From: Candidatus Micrarchaeia archaeon
Lineage (GTDB): Archaea > Micrarchaeota > Micrarchaeia > Micrarchaeales > CABMGC01
NCBI GenBank assembly: GCA_049964835.1
Contig: JBMFWW010000003.1
Coordinates: 18,470-58,170, forward strand
DNA length: 39,701 nucleotides
Direction: 5' to 3'
Position 1 is the first letter of the stretch; each line of letters opens with the position of its first letter. Both the position numbers and the translations under genes were made by a program. The notes below the pieces were generated by a model. That model was not told where the DNA came from. It did no database searches and saw only the letters and a program-made list of their open reading frames with translations. Below, one piece after another: positions 10,301 to 20,147 of the stretch.

Positions 10301-10411
10301 ATTGTTTATTATAGGTACCGTTCCAAAGTTCACTCCTTGGCTTGCAAATGCAAGACCAACTAACAAACTTGCTGCAACAGCAGCTATTCGCTTCGCTTTT
10401 ATGCTTCTCAT
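7346..10411 (-). CDS. S-layer protein
   Basis: MRSIKAKRIAAVAAS signal, IVVGSQAKPSDGVVAANIA (S-layer N motif) and NLIVIGSGYVNSV...ILVAGYTAQQT (S-layer C motif). Ser/Thr/Asn-rich; GTGA RBS. Confidence 0.9.
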   Translation of the reverse strand: MRSIKAKRIAAVAASLLVGLAFASQGVNFGTVPIINNQGQPVVQIVVGSQAKPSDGVVAANIAAVIGSLAHTTQNITAYVSGRSGISCVVTTPTCTLSNQQVYLGEKGLVVPAGSYSFSALIGSVLNPGVLSSGNLENTKSILSTSGSFDYPDSTTSPYPITSTPTATSVYTGISSGISPSTSVSATNNGGGVTFTRFTNNGFDNILQLTSSQVPGLLSSAGTYQESESLWLAGFPVYDQNTGQLSVLDTNGAYQITFGNPIQNTTSTGKISAQFSLLGENWTVYNMSIPAMTGVSSSNFIVGGSATFAQSSTPVETIYVGQNISTGPFKVVLSDLSYPNSNGLSDAALSIYKNGVLTNVTSAGPASNDNVVVNASGTKLYIDVSQTFPGLYAYQKWAKIQLFSNTFTVKSGQNFNSANGNNWLAALRWTTNQSNTADENSYNGALQGIILYSNQSNQQTLTPGSSMTYITNPAKWNVNFVGDSLGAPSSGNANYDALQLSTNNGGGSAWTYSNGQTGLVTPNVYSFNTLNVVTPGTPNSLKAINETTVTEPVNIFQVSSSIPTAFQINSASYAAPTSNLQTLDYNLNPYTFSASNAVDAAGIANLIAGPSGGLVFVLQNNGVNGNYVTSSNPLTVYVTGYRQVGSTSTTTYSVSFNGFNTQTLQGDYLTNATNIQLGMALPAPGANVLVYETANTLAPITTGSGGNDLLLGTLNPASTPTLLYKVPQYSYYIAPNVDTATYTGEQNNVNFALGVSTTPGNTVARGQYFNYTMPEITVGSSSTPNANIIVGLTNSSSVTSTAPLYWLNETNGNNNAVEYQSSQNVLTKAVQGFRTERGGEVGSIGTSSITYYEPKSVDGLEFLVGASNGNTINASTVKMYGPYTVGQATNIPNVTIGKVNATCSFSTTSCNVTGLKNLTAVPSAASAVVGSPLNTVTTPIAVLDSNANNSTNLIVIGSGYVNSVAQSIFNANPSLQSSFGPNSTIVQAYGNKILVAGYTAQQTVNAGNSFINQLLQDAASS

Positions 10412-10579
10412 GACATCACATTTAATATTTTGAGATTTAGTTAAAATGCAAAGTATTTAAATAGATCGTTTTATTTAACATTTTTTTTATAAATTACACA
10501 TTAAATAACGTCTATAAAAGAAATGCAATACTACAATAAACGTATGTATACGACTAAAAGCTAATATGAATTCTTAATG

Positions 10580-10746
10580 TTGACCTTTCCTGGTTTTAGA
10601 TTCAATTGACTTTGTTGTTCTTTGTTTATTGTTTTTGACTTGTTTTTTCTTTTTAAAACAATAATTGACTTTGTTATATGGTATTAAATTGTATATAATT
10701 GTATATTATGGTCTATGTTGTTGTAATATCTCTCAAGTTGTAATAT
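10580..10746. repeat. Arrays of short direct repeats upstream of the S-layer gene
   Basis: TTGAC at 10580, 10606, 10635, 10665 (AATTGACTTTGTT exact twice). AATTGTATAT tandem at 10687/10697. GTTGTAATAT at 10720/10737. Confidence 0.55.
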
Positions 10747-10881
10747 TCTAATATTTATACCGCACATTCTCGATTAGCATATTTCTAGAAACATTTGATA
10801 TATAGTATATAAGTTATAGAATATTATTAATAGAACTTAAGAAGTATATATGTATTATAACTTACGATAAATATTGGACTA

Positions 10882-12138
10882 TTACTTGGTATTATTTTTA
10901 TTTTTGATGCTTTCGAGTTCTTTTATTGCAGAAGACCATCTTTCTTCTACAGCACCATAAGAGAAGTACTCACATACTGTATTTGAATTATTTGATATGT
11001 GCTCTCTTAATTGAATGTCTTTTTCCAATTCAAGAATTAGTTTAGGATAATTATCTATATTATTTTCAAGAACAGCATTTTCCTTGTTTTTTATATTGTA
11101 ACCTTCAAATGCTACTGAAGTGCCGATGACAGGCTTGCATCTTGCAAAATACTCTAGAATCTTAACCTTTATTCCAGATCCATTCTTTAAAGGCGCGATA
11201 CATAAATCCGCTTTATCTAATAGTGCTATCTTCCTCTCGTCAGATATAAAGCCAGTGTATTCTACATTTTCTTTAATTCTTTTTTCGCAGTTAGAACCTA
11301 TTATAATGAATTTCTTATCTTTAAGAAAAGGCGCGATCTTATTTTCTATAAGCAACATCGCTTCAATATTTGGTTCATGTTTGCAGTTTCCTATGAAAAG
11401 TATTGTTTTAATAACTTTATTTACCTTGTATACTGGCTTTTTTAATATACTACTTTGTGGAAATGATGCGGTTGGCAAAACAAAGAACTTACTTTTATGA
11501 TTTGGATAGCTTTTTTCTGAAAGATTTTTATCAATCTCTGTAACAAAGGCTATTCCATCAAAATTATCGAGCATTTTTTTATAAATCTCCCTTGAAAACT
11601 CTCCAAGTCTTTTGCTAGTAATCTCAAACAATGGTCTTTTTAATGATTTGAATCGTGATTTTGAATTCATAAATCTTTCATGCCTAATTTTTATTGCATT
11701 ATCAACTACTCTAATATCATCAGTTATTGAAAATATTATGCTGTCTTTAAGATTTTTTTTAAGAAGTATCCCTGCATCTACAAGAACACGACCAAGAGTT
11801 ATTATTATATCTGGCTTGTAAGATATTATGGACTTTATAAAAACTTTGTTTTGATTCATTATATTATAACTTAATTGTTTCTTCATAAAAAACAAATTAA
11901 CATAATCTAATATTCTTATTTTTGTGTTTCTTGAATCGGTAGAAGCTTTTGAAGAAAAAACTTCTTCTTGTATATTATCTTTTATTATCCTTCTATGTTT
12001 TCTGCCTAGTGAAAAGGCTCTTACGTCATATTTACTAGAAAGGAGTTTAGCCAAATCCATCAATGTTCTTGTACTTCCTAATGCTTCATCTGTTATTGAC
12101 TCAGTATATATTATTGCAACCTTTTTCCTAATCGACAT
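10882..12138 (-). CDS. GT4-family glycosyltransferase
   Basis: ILFIG...HEPN, ADLCIAPL..GSGIKVKILEYFARCKPVIGT. Confidence 0.9.
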   Translation of the reverse strand: MSIRKKVAIIYTESITDEALGSTRTLMDLAKLLSSKYDVRAFSLGRKHRRIIKDNIQEEVFSSKASTDSRNTKIRILDYVNLFFMKKQLSYNIMNQNKVFIKSIISYKPDIIITLGRVLVDAGILLKKNLKDSIIFSITDDIRVVDNAIKIRHERFMNSKSRFKSLKRPLFEITSKRLGEFSREIYKKMLDNFDGIAFVTEIDKNLSEKSYPNHKSKFFVLPTASFPQSSILKKPVYKVNKVIKTILFIGNCKHEPNIEAMLLIENKIAPFLKDKKFIIIGSNCEKRIKENVEYTGFISDERKIALLDKADLCIAPLKNGSGIKVKILEYFARCKPVIGTSVAFEGYNIKNKENAVLENNIDNYPKLILELEKDIQLREHISNNSNTVCEYFSYGAVEERWSSAIKELESIKNKNNTK

Positions 12139-13120
12139 AGATAACCCTGCTTCCTTGAGGCTCTATTTCAAAATTGTGTTCCTTTAGATTTACTGCTTTT
12201 TTAACCTCTTCTCTTTTGTCATTAGGAACTATAAATAATAAGAAACCACTGCCGCCAGCGCCTATGAGTTTTCCGCCTAAAGCTCCAGCATTTATTGCTT
12301 TATTGTAATAAGCATTAATAAAATCTGTTGTTATCCCAGTACTAAGAGTTTGCTTTAACTTCCAGTTTTCGTCTAATAATGAACCTAATTTTTTGAAATC
12401 TAATTTTGATAGCGCATCTCCAGTTTCATATGCTATTTTTGACATCTTTTTGTAGGAATCTATTTTATTAGATATTTGTACAGCTTGTTGTTTATGTATT
12501 TTTAAAGAACTTCTCTCGCTGCCCGTATAAAATAAAATAAGGTTAGATTCTAATTCCTTTCTTGCGTTTCTAGATAGAGGTATTCTTTTTATTGCAACTG
12601 TATCATCACTAAAGAACTCCATAGTGTTTATCCCTCCATACGCAGCTGCATATTGATCCTGAAAACCTCCAGGTTCCTTTAAAATATTTCTCTCTATGTT
12701 TATTGCTTCTTCGGCTAATTGTTTAGGAGTTGGTACTTCGCCCTTCCAGGCATGAAGTGCATTTAGGACACCGACAAGAAAGCTGCTACTTGATCCTAAA
12801 CCGGTTCCTTGAGAAGGTATCTCGGTTATGCTAACAAGTTGGATGCCTGTTTTCATTTTTAATAACTTCATAGCTTCTCTTATTGTCGGATGCTTTATTT
12901 CTTCTATATTTTTTATTGCGTTTTCTGTAGTTGAATAGCTGATTCTTAATTCATCTTCATAAAAATGCTTGCTTATTGTGATATAAACATAGCTATTAAT
13001 TGTAGCTGAAACAGAAACTCCAGTTCCGTAAGTCCTGAAATAATAGGGTAAATCCGTACCTCCTCCACTAAAGGTTATTCTAAATGGTGTTTTTGTTGTT
13101 ATTATATACCTCTCAGACAT
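12128..13120 (-). CDS. hddA: D-glycero-D-manno-heptose-7-phosphate kinase (GHMP family)
   Basis: TPFRITFSGGGTD, IPSQGTGLGSSS, GFQDQYAAAYGG, GALGGKLIGAGGSG; adjacent to gmhA. Confidence 0.85.
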   Translation of the reverse strand: MSERYIITTKTPFRITFSGGGTDLPYYFRTYGTGVSVSATINSYVYITISKHFYEDELRISYSTTENAIKNIEEIKHPTIREAMKLLKMKTGIQLVSITEIPSQGTGLGSSSSFLVGVLNALHAWKGEVPTPKQLAEEAINIERNILKEPGGFQDQYAAAYGGINTMEFFSDDTVAIKRIPLSRNARKELESNLILFYTGSERSSLKIHKQQAVQISNKIDSYKKMSKIAYETGDALSKLDFKKLGSLLDENWKLKQTLSTGITTDFINAYYNKAINAGALGGKLIGAGGSGFLLFIVPNDKREEVKKAVNLKEHNFEIEPQGSRVIYVD

Positions 13121-13139
13121 TTAAACACGTGTTTTATAT

Positions 13140-13697
13140 TTATAATAAATCCTCAATCATTTTTGACCATATGTGACCTACAGCAATATGCACTTCTTGT
13201 ATCATGGATGTTCTATTTGTATTAGACTTAAAAACATAATCAGAAACGCCGTCTATCAAACCCTTTGATGTTCCAGTCATGCCTATAGTTATACATCCTA
13301 GTTCTTTTGCCTTTTTCATAGCTAAGATGATATTTTTGGAGTTGCCACTTGTAGATATTCCTATTACAATATCATTAGGTTTTGCGAACGCTTCCACTTG
13401 CCTTTGATATACGTATTCATAACCATAATCGTTTGCTATTGCAGTCATTGATGAAGTATTTGAATGAAGAGCCATTGCGAATAATGGTTTTCTCTCTTTT
13501 TCAAATCTACCAACAAGCTCTGCGGCAATGTGTTGGGCATCTGCCGCACTTCCTCCATTTCCCATTATTAGTATCTTTCCGCCGTTTACCAAAGATTTTG
13601 ATAATACTAAACCTATATTAAATATGTTTTCTATATCTGATGAAAGTCTTGCTTCTGCTCCCAGTTTAAGATACTCTGCTATTTCTTCTTTGTTCAT
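13140..13697 (-). CDS. gmhA: Phosphoheptose (sedoheptulose-7-phosphate) isomerase
   Basis: GNGGSAADAQHIAAEL, TAIANDYG, ISTSGNS, IQEVHI. Confidence 0.95.
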   Translation of the reverse strand: MNKEEIAEYLKLGAEARLSSDIENIFNIGLVLSKSLVNGGKILIMGNGGSAADAQHIAAELVGRFEKERKPLFAMALHSNTSSMTAIANDYGYEYVYQRQVEAFAKPNDIVIGISTSGNSKNIILAMKKAKELGCITIGMTGTSKGLIDGVSDYVFKSNTNRTSMIQEVHIAVGHIWSKMIEDLL

Positions 13698-14416
13698 ATT
13701 AATTCCCTTTTGTTAAGTTTTTTAATAACGTCGTTGTACTGTTCTATATCATTTATTGTATAAAACTCATCGAGTTTATATGAATATAAAGTATTGTTTT
13801 TGCACTCCTTTTCAAGAAAGTCCTTTTCAAAGGAAAATTTATCTGTCTTTGGCAATTTATTTAGTATGCGCAAATTTATTAGGTAAATTCCTGCATTTAT
13901 CATTCCGCTTTTTTTAATCATAGGTTTCTCAATAAAATCAGTTATTAATGATCCGGAAGTCTTTATGGCTCCTGATTTAGATATGTCGCTTACCATAGTA
14001 ACGCCAATTGTTATCAATGCATTATTTTTTTTATGGAACTCATACATTTTTTTAAAATCTACAAAAAAAATACTGTCTCCATTTATAACTAAAACGTCCG
14101 TTTTGTCCGTACATTTTGAAAGCGCTAATTTTATTGCACCTCCAGTTCCAAGAGGAGTGTTCTCTACTGAATACTCTATTTTTGAGGAAAACTCATTTTT
14201 CTTTTTATTAAAATACTCTATTATTTTTTCTGCTTTATAACCAACAGAAAGAATTATTTTTTTAATGCCATTTTTTTCTGATAAATGTATTATATATTCA
14301 ATTAATGGTTTATCAAAAAGAGTTATCATTGGTTTTGGACTGTTTTCTGTGAAAGGCCTAAGTCTTTTTCCTTCACCACCAGCAAGTATTATTGTAGTTT
14401 CAAGATTTTCCTCCAA
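13694..14416 (-). CDS. Sugar-1-phosphate nucleotidyltransferase, HddC-like
   Basis: ILAGGEGKRLRPFT...PKPM, PLGTGGA, INGD, INAGIY; operon with gmhA and hddA. Confidence 0.85.
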   Translation of the reverse strand: MEENLETTIILAGGEGKRLRPFTENSPKPMITLFDKPLIEYIIHLSEKNGIKKIILSVGYKAEKIIEYFNKKKNEFSSKIEYSVENTPLGTGGAIKLALSKCTDKTDVLVINGDSIFFVDFKKMYEFHKKNNALITIGVTMVSDISKSGAIKTSGSLITDFIEKPMIKKSGMINAGIYLINLRILNKLPKTDKFSFEKDFLEKECKNNTLYSYKLDEFYTINDIEQYNDVIKKLNKRELI

Positions 14417-14603
14417 AATTATGCCCCTATATATTTAGACTATTTTCAATTACATACTTTATATATTTTATTTATGAATAAATACTTTTGCTTCTTTCAG
14501 AGATTAGCTTGGCATTTACGAAATACTCCTAAGCCATAAAATATAGTAGTCTTTATATTATTTTTTGTAGTATAATATTTACTTAAAATTATTATGTGAG
14601 TTT

Positions 14604-17204
14604 TTGGAAGCATATGAAAATAAATTAGAAACCAAAGAGGCAGAATCACACCAAGAAAGTGTTAGTCAGCATCACAATCCAAAAAACAATAACATGAGGG
14701 ATACATTATTCACTAATCAGAATTTGCTTTTTATAGGAATTGTATTAATAATATTAATAGCTACAGTTTACCTAAGAGTACAGCTTTTGCAGTTTCAGGG
14801 TTTTTATGAACCAGATGGATTTTACCATTTTTCAGTAATACGCGCAGCTGTCAATAATGATTTTGTTGTGCCGAAAACCCTATCCATATCTGGATGGCCG
14901 CAACACACATTAGTTACAGAACCAGTAGGATTGTATTGGGTAACTTTATTCCCATATTATATTCTTAGATTCTTTGGAGTTTCATATTATGACGTTATGC
15001 GTCTTGTTCCTCTTCTATTTGCAATCTTCGATGTTCTTGGAGCATACTATCTTTCAAGATTTTTGAGCAAGGATAAAGTATTTGGATTGCTTGTGATGGC
15101 ATTTGTTGCCTTGAGTGCAGGAGATGCAGCAAGAACAAGTGCTTTAATATATAGAGGAGACGGATTCATAACTGCTTTCTTGTTGCTTACATTGATTTTT
15201 ATATCACACCTATTCAAAACAAAGGATAAAAACAGGAAAATAGCGTTTATGCTTTTAGGTGCTCTATCTTTGAGCATTTGTAATGTAGTTTGGAATGGAG
15301 CAAGTTTTGCTGATGCTATAGTTATACTCTCATTAATAGTCTTTTCAGTTTTTGGATTTGTATTTAAAAAAGAAAAGATGTACAATGACAACATATATTT
15401 AATAGGTCTTTTAATAATATGGATATTGTTAATCGAGCTTTACAAAGCGGCTCCACTTTTCTATAATCAGGCGTTGACAGGAATTTACTTTGTATTTTTA
15501 TTAATAATGATAACTATAGGCTGGATTATAGGATACTTCATTAATAAATCTAAAATTGAGTTTTTTGAAACTATTTCTAAAAGAGCAATCTTTATTTTGT
15601 TTTTTGGTTTAATTGTAGGATTTATTATTTTTGTAGGTATGAAACCTTTCATCAATCAAGTATTTATAAATAATGGATTTATTACTACAAATAATACATT
15701 TGCACAAACAATTCAAGAGTTGACACCACCAACACTCCCGTTCCTTTTCGGAAGTTTTGGAATAGCACTTTTTTCTACACCAATGTCAATATTACTAGCA
15801 ATTTCCTCATTGTTAAGCAACGCACAGAATGTTATATGGATAATAATGCTTTTAACATTCATACCTTATCTTTTTATGAATATTTATGACAGTAGGGACT
15901 GGTTTAAAGGTAACCCACGGTTTATTTTTGAAGTAAAACCAGAAATGCTCATAATAATTGTTTACTTTGCTTTAACTGCATACTTGCAACTTTTTGCAAT
16001 AAGATTCAACTCTTTGATATCTGTGCCTTTAGCCATAATGAGTGCTTATACAATATACTGGTTCTTTGCTTTAATACACAAAAATCTACACAAACATAAA
16101 TTAACTCAATTGAGTACAATTTATTCTTTGATTATTTTGGCAGTACTTGTGGTTATAATAAATGTAGCTATGATAATAGAAGCTTTATTCTATAGTTTTT
16201 TGGCTGTTGTTGTCCTCGTATTTATAAGCACAGTTATAGGAATAATTATTGGCTTTCTTATTATTAATAGAAAGGTAACTAATCTTACTGGAATCTTTGC
16301 ATACTTTATAGTTATTTTCATATTAGTTGTTTTGTTTTATGATATAGTATACGGTGGAACTATAACACAAGCAGATAATATTAATCCACTATTTCTAAAT
16401 GCTACCACATGGATAAAGAATAATACCTCTCCAAATAGCGTATTTCTTACATTGTGGCCTGATGGAAGTGTAATAGAAGGCTGGGGCAATAGAACAAGTG
16501 TTATGGATAGTGTGGGATCACAGAATGCATTGAAAGCAGATCCATTTGCAACATGGTTGTACAACTCAAGCAGTGATACTCAATTCATAGAAAGTAATGT
16601 TATAGGTAGTCCTAATTACTTATTAGTAAGGTATAATTGGTTACTTGAAACTCAAGGCATATACACAGAATCTTATCTTAACCCTAAAAATGAAGGAAAT
16701 TATAGTTTCGGATTATTAATACCTACAAATGAAAGTTACCTGGGCAACGGCTCTGCAATAAACTTTATAGGTTCACAAGGATACCCAAGAATTTTTGTTG
16801 CTTATAACAACTCATTATCTAAGGGTGAATCATTTATACAGACACAAACAAGTAGCTTTGGTGGTACCCAGTACCGGTACTTGCCAGTAAGTTATACTGC
16901 TTTCTACAATCAGAATACATTAAATTACACGATAGTTAATGATACTAAATTTTTCAATAGAACTGTAGCCTCTATGGTACTAGTTGTATATTCAAACATA
17001 CCACGTTACCTACCTAATACAAATATTAAGTTAATGAATGTTACAGAGGCATTTGTTTTTGAAGATGGGTTAGCATTTAGCAATATGATTAAATTCCTTT
17101 ATTTCTGTAATGATTATGAATGCACATGGAATAATAAAAATGCAACATTGAGTTTAGACTTTATAAATGGAGATACAAGAATATACAAAATAAATTATAA
17201 ATAA
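14604..17204 (+). CDS. aglB: Oligosaccharyltransferase AglB/STT3, copy 1
   Basis: EPDGFYH (EL1 acidic motif), RGD, TIQE, IRF, many TM helices, TLWPDG in place of WWDYG, then NRTSVMD. Confidence 0.85.
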   Translation: MEAYENKLETKEAESHQESVSQHHNPKNNNMRDTLFTNQNLLFIGIVLIILIATVYLRVQLLQFQGFYEPDGFYHFSVIRAAVNNDFVVPKTLSISGWPQHTLVTEPVGLYWVTLFPYYILRFFGVSYYDVMRLVPLLFAIFDVLGAYYLSRFLSKDKVFGLLVMAFVALSAGDAARTSALIYRGDGFITAFLLLTLIFISHLFKTKDKNRKIAFMLLGALSLSICNVVWNGASFADAIVILSLIVFSVFGFVFKKEKMYNDNIYLIGLLIIWILLIELYKAAPLFYNQALTGIYFVFLLIMITIGWIIGYFINKSKIEFFETISKRAIFILFFGLIVGFIIFVGMKPFINQVFINNGFITTNNTFAQTIQELTPPTLPFLFGSFGIALFSTPMSILLAISSLLSNAQNVIWIIMLLTFIPYLFMNIYDSRDWFKGNPRFIFEVKPEMLIIIVYFALTAYLQLFAIRFNSLISVPLAIMSAYTIYWFFALIHKNLHKHKLTQLSTIYSLIILAVLVVIINVAMIIEALFYSFLAVVVLVFISTVIGIIIGFLIINRKVTNLTGIFAYFIVIFILVVLFYDIVYGGTITQADNINPLFLNATTWIKNNTSPNSVFLTLWPDGSVIEGWGNRTSVMDSVGSQNALKADPFATWLYNSSSDTQFIESNVIGSPNYLLVRYNWLLETQGIYTESYLNPKNEGNYSFGLLIPTNESYLGNGSAINFIGSQGYPRIFVAYNNSLSKGESFIQTQTSSFGGTQYRYLPVSYTAFYNQNTLNYTIVNDTKFFNRTVASMVLVVYSNIPRYLPNTNIKLMNVTEAFVFEDGLAFSNMIKFLYFCNDYECTWNNKNATLSLDFINGDTRIYKINYK
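14775..15116 (+). repeat. 342-bp direct repeat, copy 1 (inside aglB-1)
   Basis: Matches 17284-17625 with 4 substitutions by manual comparison. Confidence 0.95.
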
Positions 17205-17218
17205 TAATTTGGTATGAT

Positions 17219-19494
17219 ATGAAATTAAATAGAATTTTTTTTTTAGTATAGTTTTATTAATACTTTTTATAACTATTTTTTTGAGAGTACAGCTTTTGCA
17301 GTTTCAGGGTTTTTATGAACCAGATGGATTTTACCATTTTTCAGTAATACGCGCAGCTGTCAATAATAATTTTGTTGTGCCGAAAACTCTATCCATATCT
17401 GGATGGCCGCAACACACATTAGTTACAGAACCAGTAGGATTGTATTGGATAACTTTATTCCCATATTATATTCTTAGATTCTTTGGAGTTTCATATTATG
17501 ACGTTATGCGTCTTGTTCCTCTTCTATTTGCAATCTTCGATGTTCTTGGAGCATACTATCTTTCAAGATTTTTGAGCAAGGATAAAGTATTTGGATTACT
17601 TGTGATGGCATTTGTTGCCTTGAGTTTTGCAAATATCTCGAAAACAAGCGCTTTGGATTATAGAGGAGATGGCTTTGTATCCATATTTCTAATTTTGGCG
17701 CTTATATTTTTAATAGAGCTTTTTAAAACAAATAGTAACAATAAAAAATTAGTGTATATGTTCCTTTCTGCATTTTCGCTCAGTATGAGTAATCTTGTTT
17801 GGAATGGAGCACCATTTGCGTTTATTATTTATTTTGTTTCTTCCGTATCAATAATGGTATACTCTTTTGTATATCTTAAAAAAAATATATTGAAAATATT
17901 ACCATATGTTTTTGGTTCTATAATAATATGGTTTTCGTTAGTAAGACTTTATGTTTATGGTAGATTAATAAGTGCAGCAAATCAAGAACTTACTGGCTTT
18001 TCTGCTTTACTTTTAATAATTTTATTTTTAATCGGACTAATACTAGAATTTTTAATAGTAGATTATTCATTTTCAAAATTTTTTGATTCAAAAATAAGGA
18101 GATTTTTATTAATTTTATTATTTTTAATAATTATATTTGTATTTGTTGAAGTATTTTATTATCAGATAATAAACAATATATTTGTTAATAATGATTTTGT
18201 ATCAACTACTAATTTTGTCACATCTAGTATTCAAGAGCTTTCAAAACCTACAACTAGTGTATTAATTAATGATTTTGGAGTAACACTTTTTACTACACCA
18301 ATGTCTATTCTTATTGCAATTTACGGATTATTTGATTCTTTTCAGATTTATTTTTGGATCTTATTATCATTATCTGGTCTTATTTACTTTTTCTTAAATG
18401 TATATGATTCTAATGGATGGATGAATGGAAATTTTAGATTTATATTAGATATTAAAATAGAAATGATTGTTTTATTATCATATTTTATTATAACTGGATA
18501 TTTGAACTTATTTGCTATAAGATTTGATTCTTTATTATCGATACCTCTTGCAATACTAAGCGCATATAGCATATATATAATTTTGTTAAACGTAAAAAAT
18601 AAAAAGTATTTAAAATATGGAATAATTATACTAATAATTCTAATTGTACTTACCATGTTCCTAAATGATTTATATTTAGATAATAATATTCAGTTTGGTG
18701 GATTGATAACACAGAAATTTTTAAATGCAGTATCTTGGATGAAAAATAACTTGAACAAAAATAGTACTGTTTTAACGCTATGGTCAGATGGTAGTGTAAT
18801 TGAAGGTTGGGGAAATTTAACAAGTGTTACGGATAGTGTGGGAGCTCAGAACGGAACAAAAATAGATGCATTTTCTAAATGGCTTTTTAATGATAATGAA
18901 AATTTAAGTTTTTTTTATAGTAGGTATGCAAATAAACCAGATTATTTATTAGTAAGAGATGTATGGTTAATGGAAACTTTAGGATTATTTTTAGAAACAG
19001 GAATAAATGAATCACATTCTACAAATTATAGTTACATAACCTTTAGTAATTTCTCCGAATTTAAAAACTTAAGTTTAGAGGAATTTGTTTTTTCTAAAAG
19101 TTCATATTATAATTTAACTGCATATTTAATTATCTTTAAGAATAATACGGAAGTGAGTTTTTTAAAGTTTCCAAATGGCATTTCATATTTTAAAAATACT
19201 GCTTTTTATAATATAAATAATGAAAATTTCAGTATAATTGAAAATAATATTAACGAAACAAATAATCAAACTTTATTGATAGAGTATTCTAATATACCAA
19301 ACAATAAAAACAATGTAAATGTTACAAGTGTTATGGCTATGGCTAATGGACTTGCAAGAAGCAATATGATTAAATTACTATATTTTTGTAATGATTATGA
19401 TTGCCTTATAAAAAATAATAATACCTCATTTAGTTTGATACATTCAAATACTGATAGCAAAATATTTAAGATAAATTATAATAATAGTTCATGA
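17219..19494 (+). CDS. aglB: Oligosaccharyltransferase AglB/STT3, copy 2; frameshifted at T10 (17235-17244) as assembled
   Basis: Same motifs as copy 1 (EPDGFYH, RGD, SIQE, TLWSDG). ATG 17219 reaches TAG at 17249. T11 or T8 joins it to the long ORF and restores TM1 (MKLNRIFFFSIVLLILFITIFLRVQ). Confidence 0.75.
17284..17625 (+). repeat. 342-bp direct repeat, copy 2 (inside aglB-2)
   Basis: Lies 2509 bp from copy 1, with 4 substitutions. Confidence 0.95.
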
Positions 19495-19503
19495 GGCTAT
19501 GCC

Positions 19504-20124
19504 ATGAAGAAATTTTTTAATATATTAAATAAAAGAGAGAATAAAAAAGGTGAGAATGGTCTGGATGTTTTTAAAAACTCAAGAATATCTTTTAATAGCC
19601 CCATACCAAAATTTACTGATTTGAAAATAGGGGAATGGTCTTCTTGTTCAAATCCTTTGACAATACATGCTTACCATACTTCAAACTTAAAACTTATTAT
19701 AAATAAATTTGTACATATAGGAAAAAATTTCAAGTGGCTTGCGAGTAAAGAGCATACCCCGGAATTAATAAGTAATAATTTAAATGCACTGTTTTTAAAT
19801 GAAGAAGAATTTGAAAAAATATATTTAAAATATCATGAAGATTCACCAATATTAGAGATAGGCAATGATGTCTGGATTGGAGATAATGTTATTATTATAG
19901 GGACTGTCAAAGTAGGTAATGGTTCAGTCATAGGCGCAGGAGCTGTAGTAACGCACAATGTAGAACCATATGAAGTGGTAGCAGGAAATCCTCAGAAACA
20001 TATAAAATATAGATTTGATAAAAATAGTATTGATAAACTTAATGAAGTTGAATGGTGGGATTGGAGTGATAAAAAAATCAAGACTAATATTAATAGATTT
20101 TTTAATAATGATTTATTGAAATGA
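19504..20124 (+). CDS. CatB/Vat-like hexapeptide-repeat O-acetyltransferase
   Basis: IGNDVWIG...VGNGSVIGAGAVVTHNVEPYEVVAGNP..IKYRF...WWDW. Confidence 0.9.
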   Translation: MKKFFNILNKRENKKGENGLDVFKNSRISFNSPIPKFTDLKIGEWSSCSNPLTIHAYHTSNLKLIINKFVHIGKNFKWLASKEHTPELISNNLNALFLNEEEFEKIYLKYHEDSPILEIGNDVWIGDNVIIIGTVKVGNGSVIGAGAVVTHNVEPYEVVAGNPQKHIKYRFDKNSIDKLNEVEWWDWSDKKIKTNINRFFNNDLLK

Positions 20125-20147
20125 GTATTTGATATATTGGTAATTAA

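Noticed and set aside
10580-10746. CRISPR array
   Set aside because: The repeats are only 5-13 bp and irregular, and there are no cas genes; no CRISPR array was seen in the window.
11753-14070. Other A/T homopolymers of about 8 nt in the glycosyltransferase and nucleotidyltransferase genes as phase-variation sites
   Set aside because: The genes are in frame, and such runs are expected at this AT content.
19504-20124. Antibiotic (chloramphenicol/streptogramin) acetyltransferase
   Set aside because: The fold is shared, but the position among glycosylation genes favours sugar O-acetylation.
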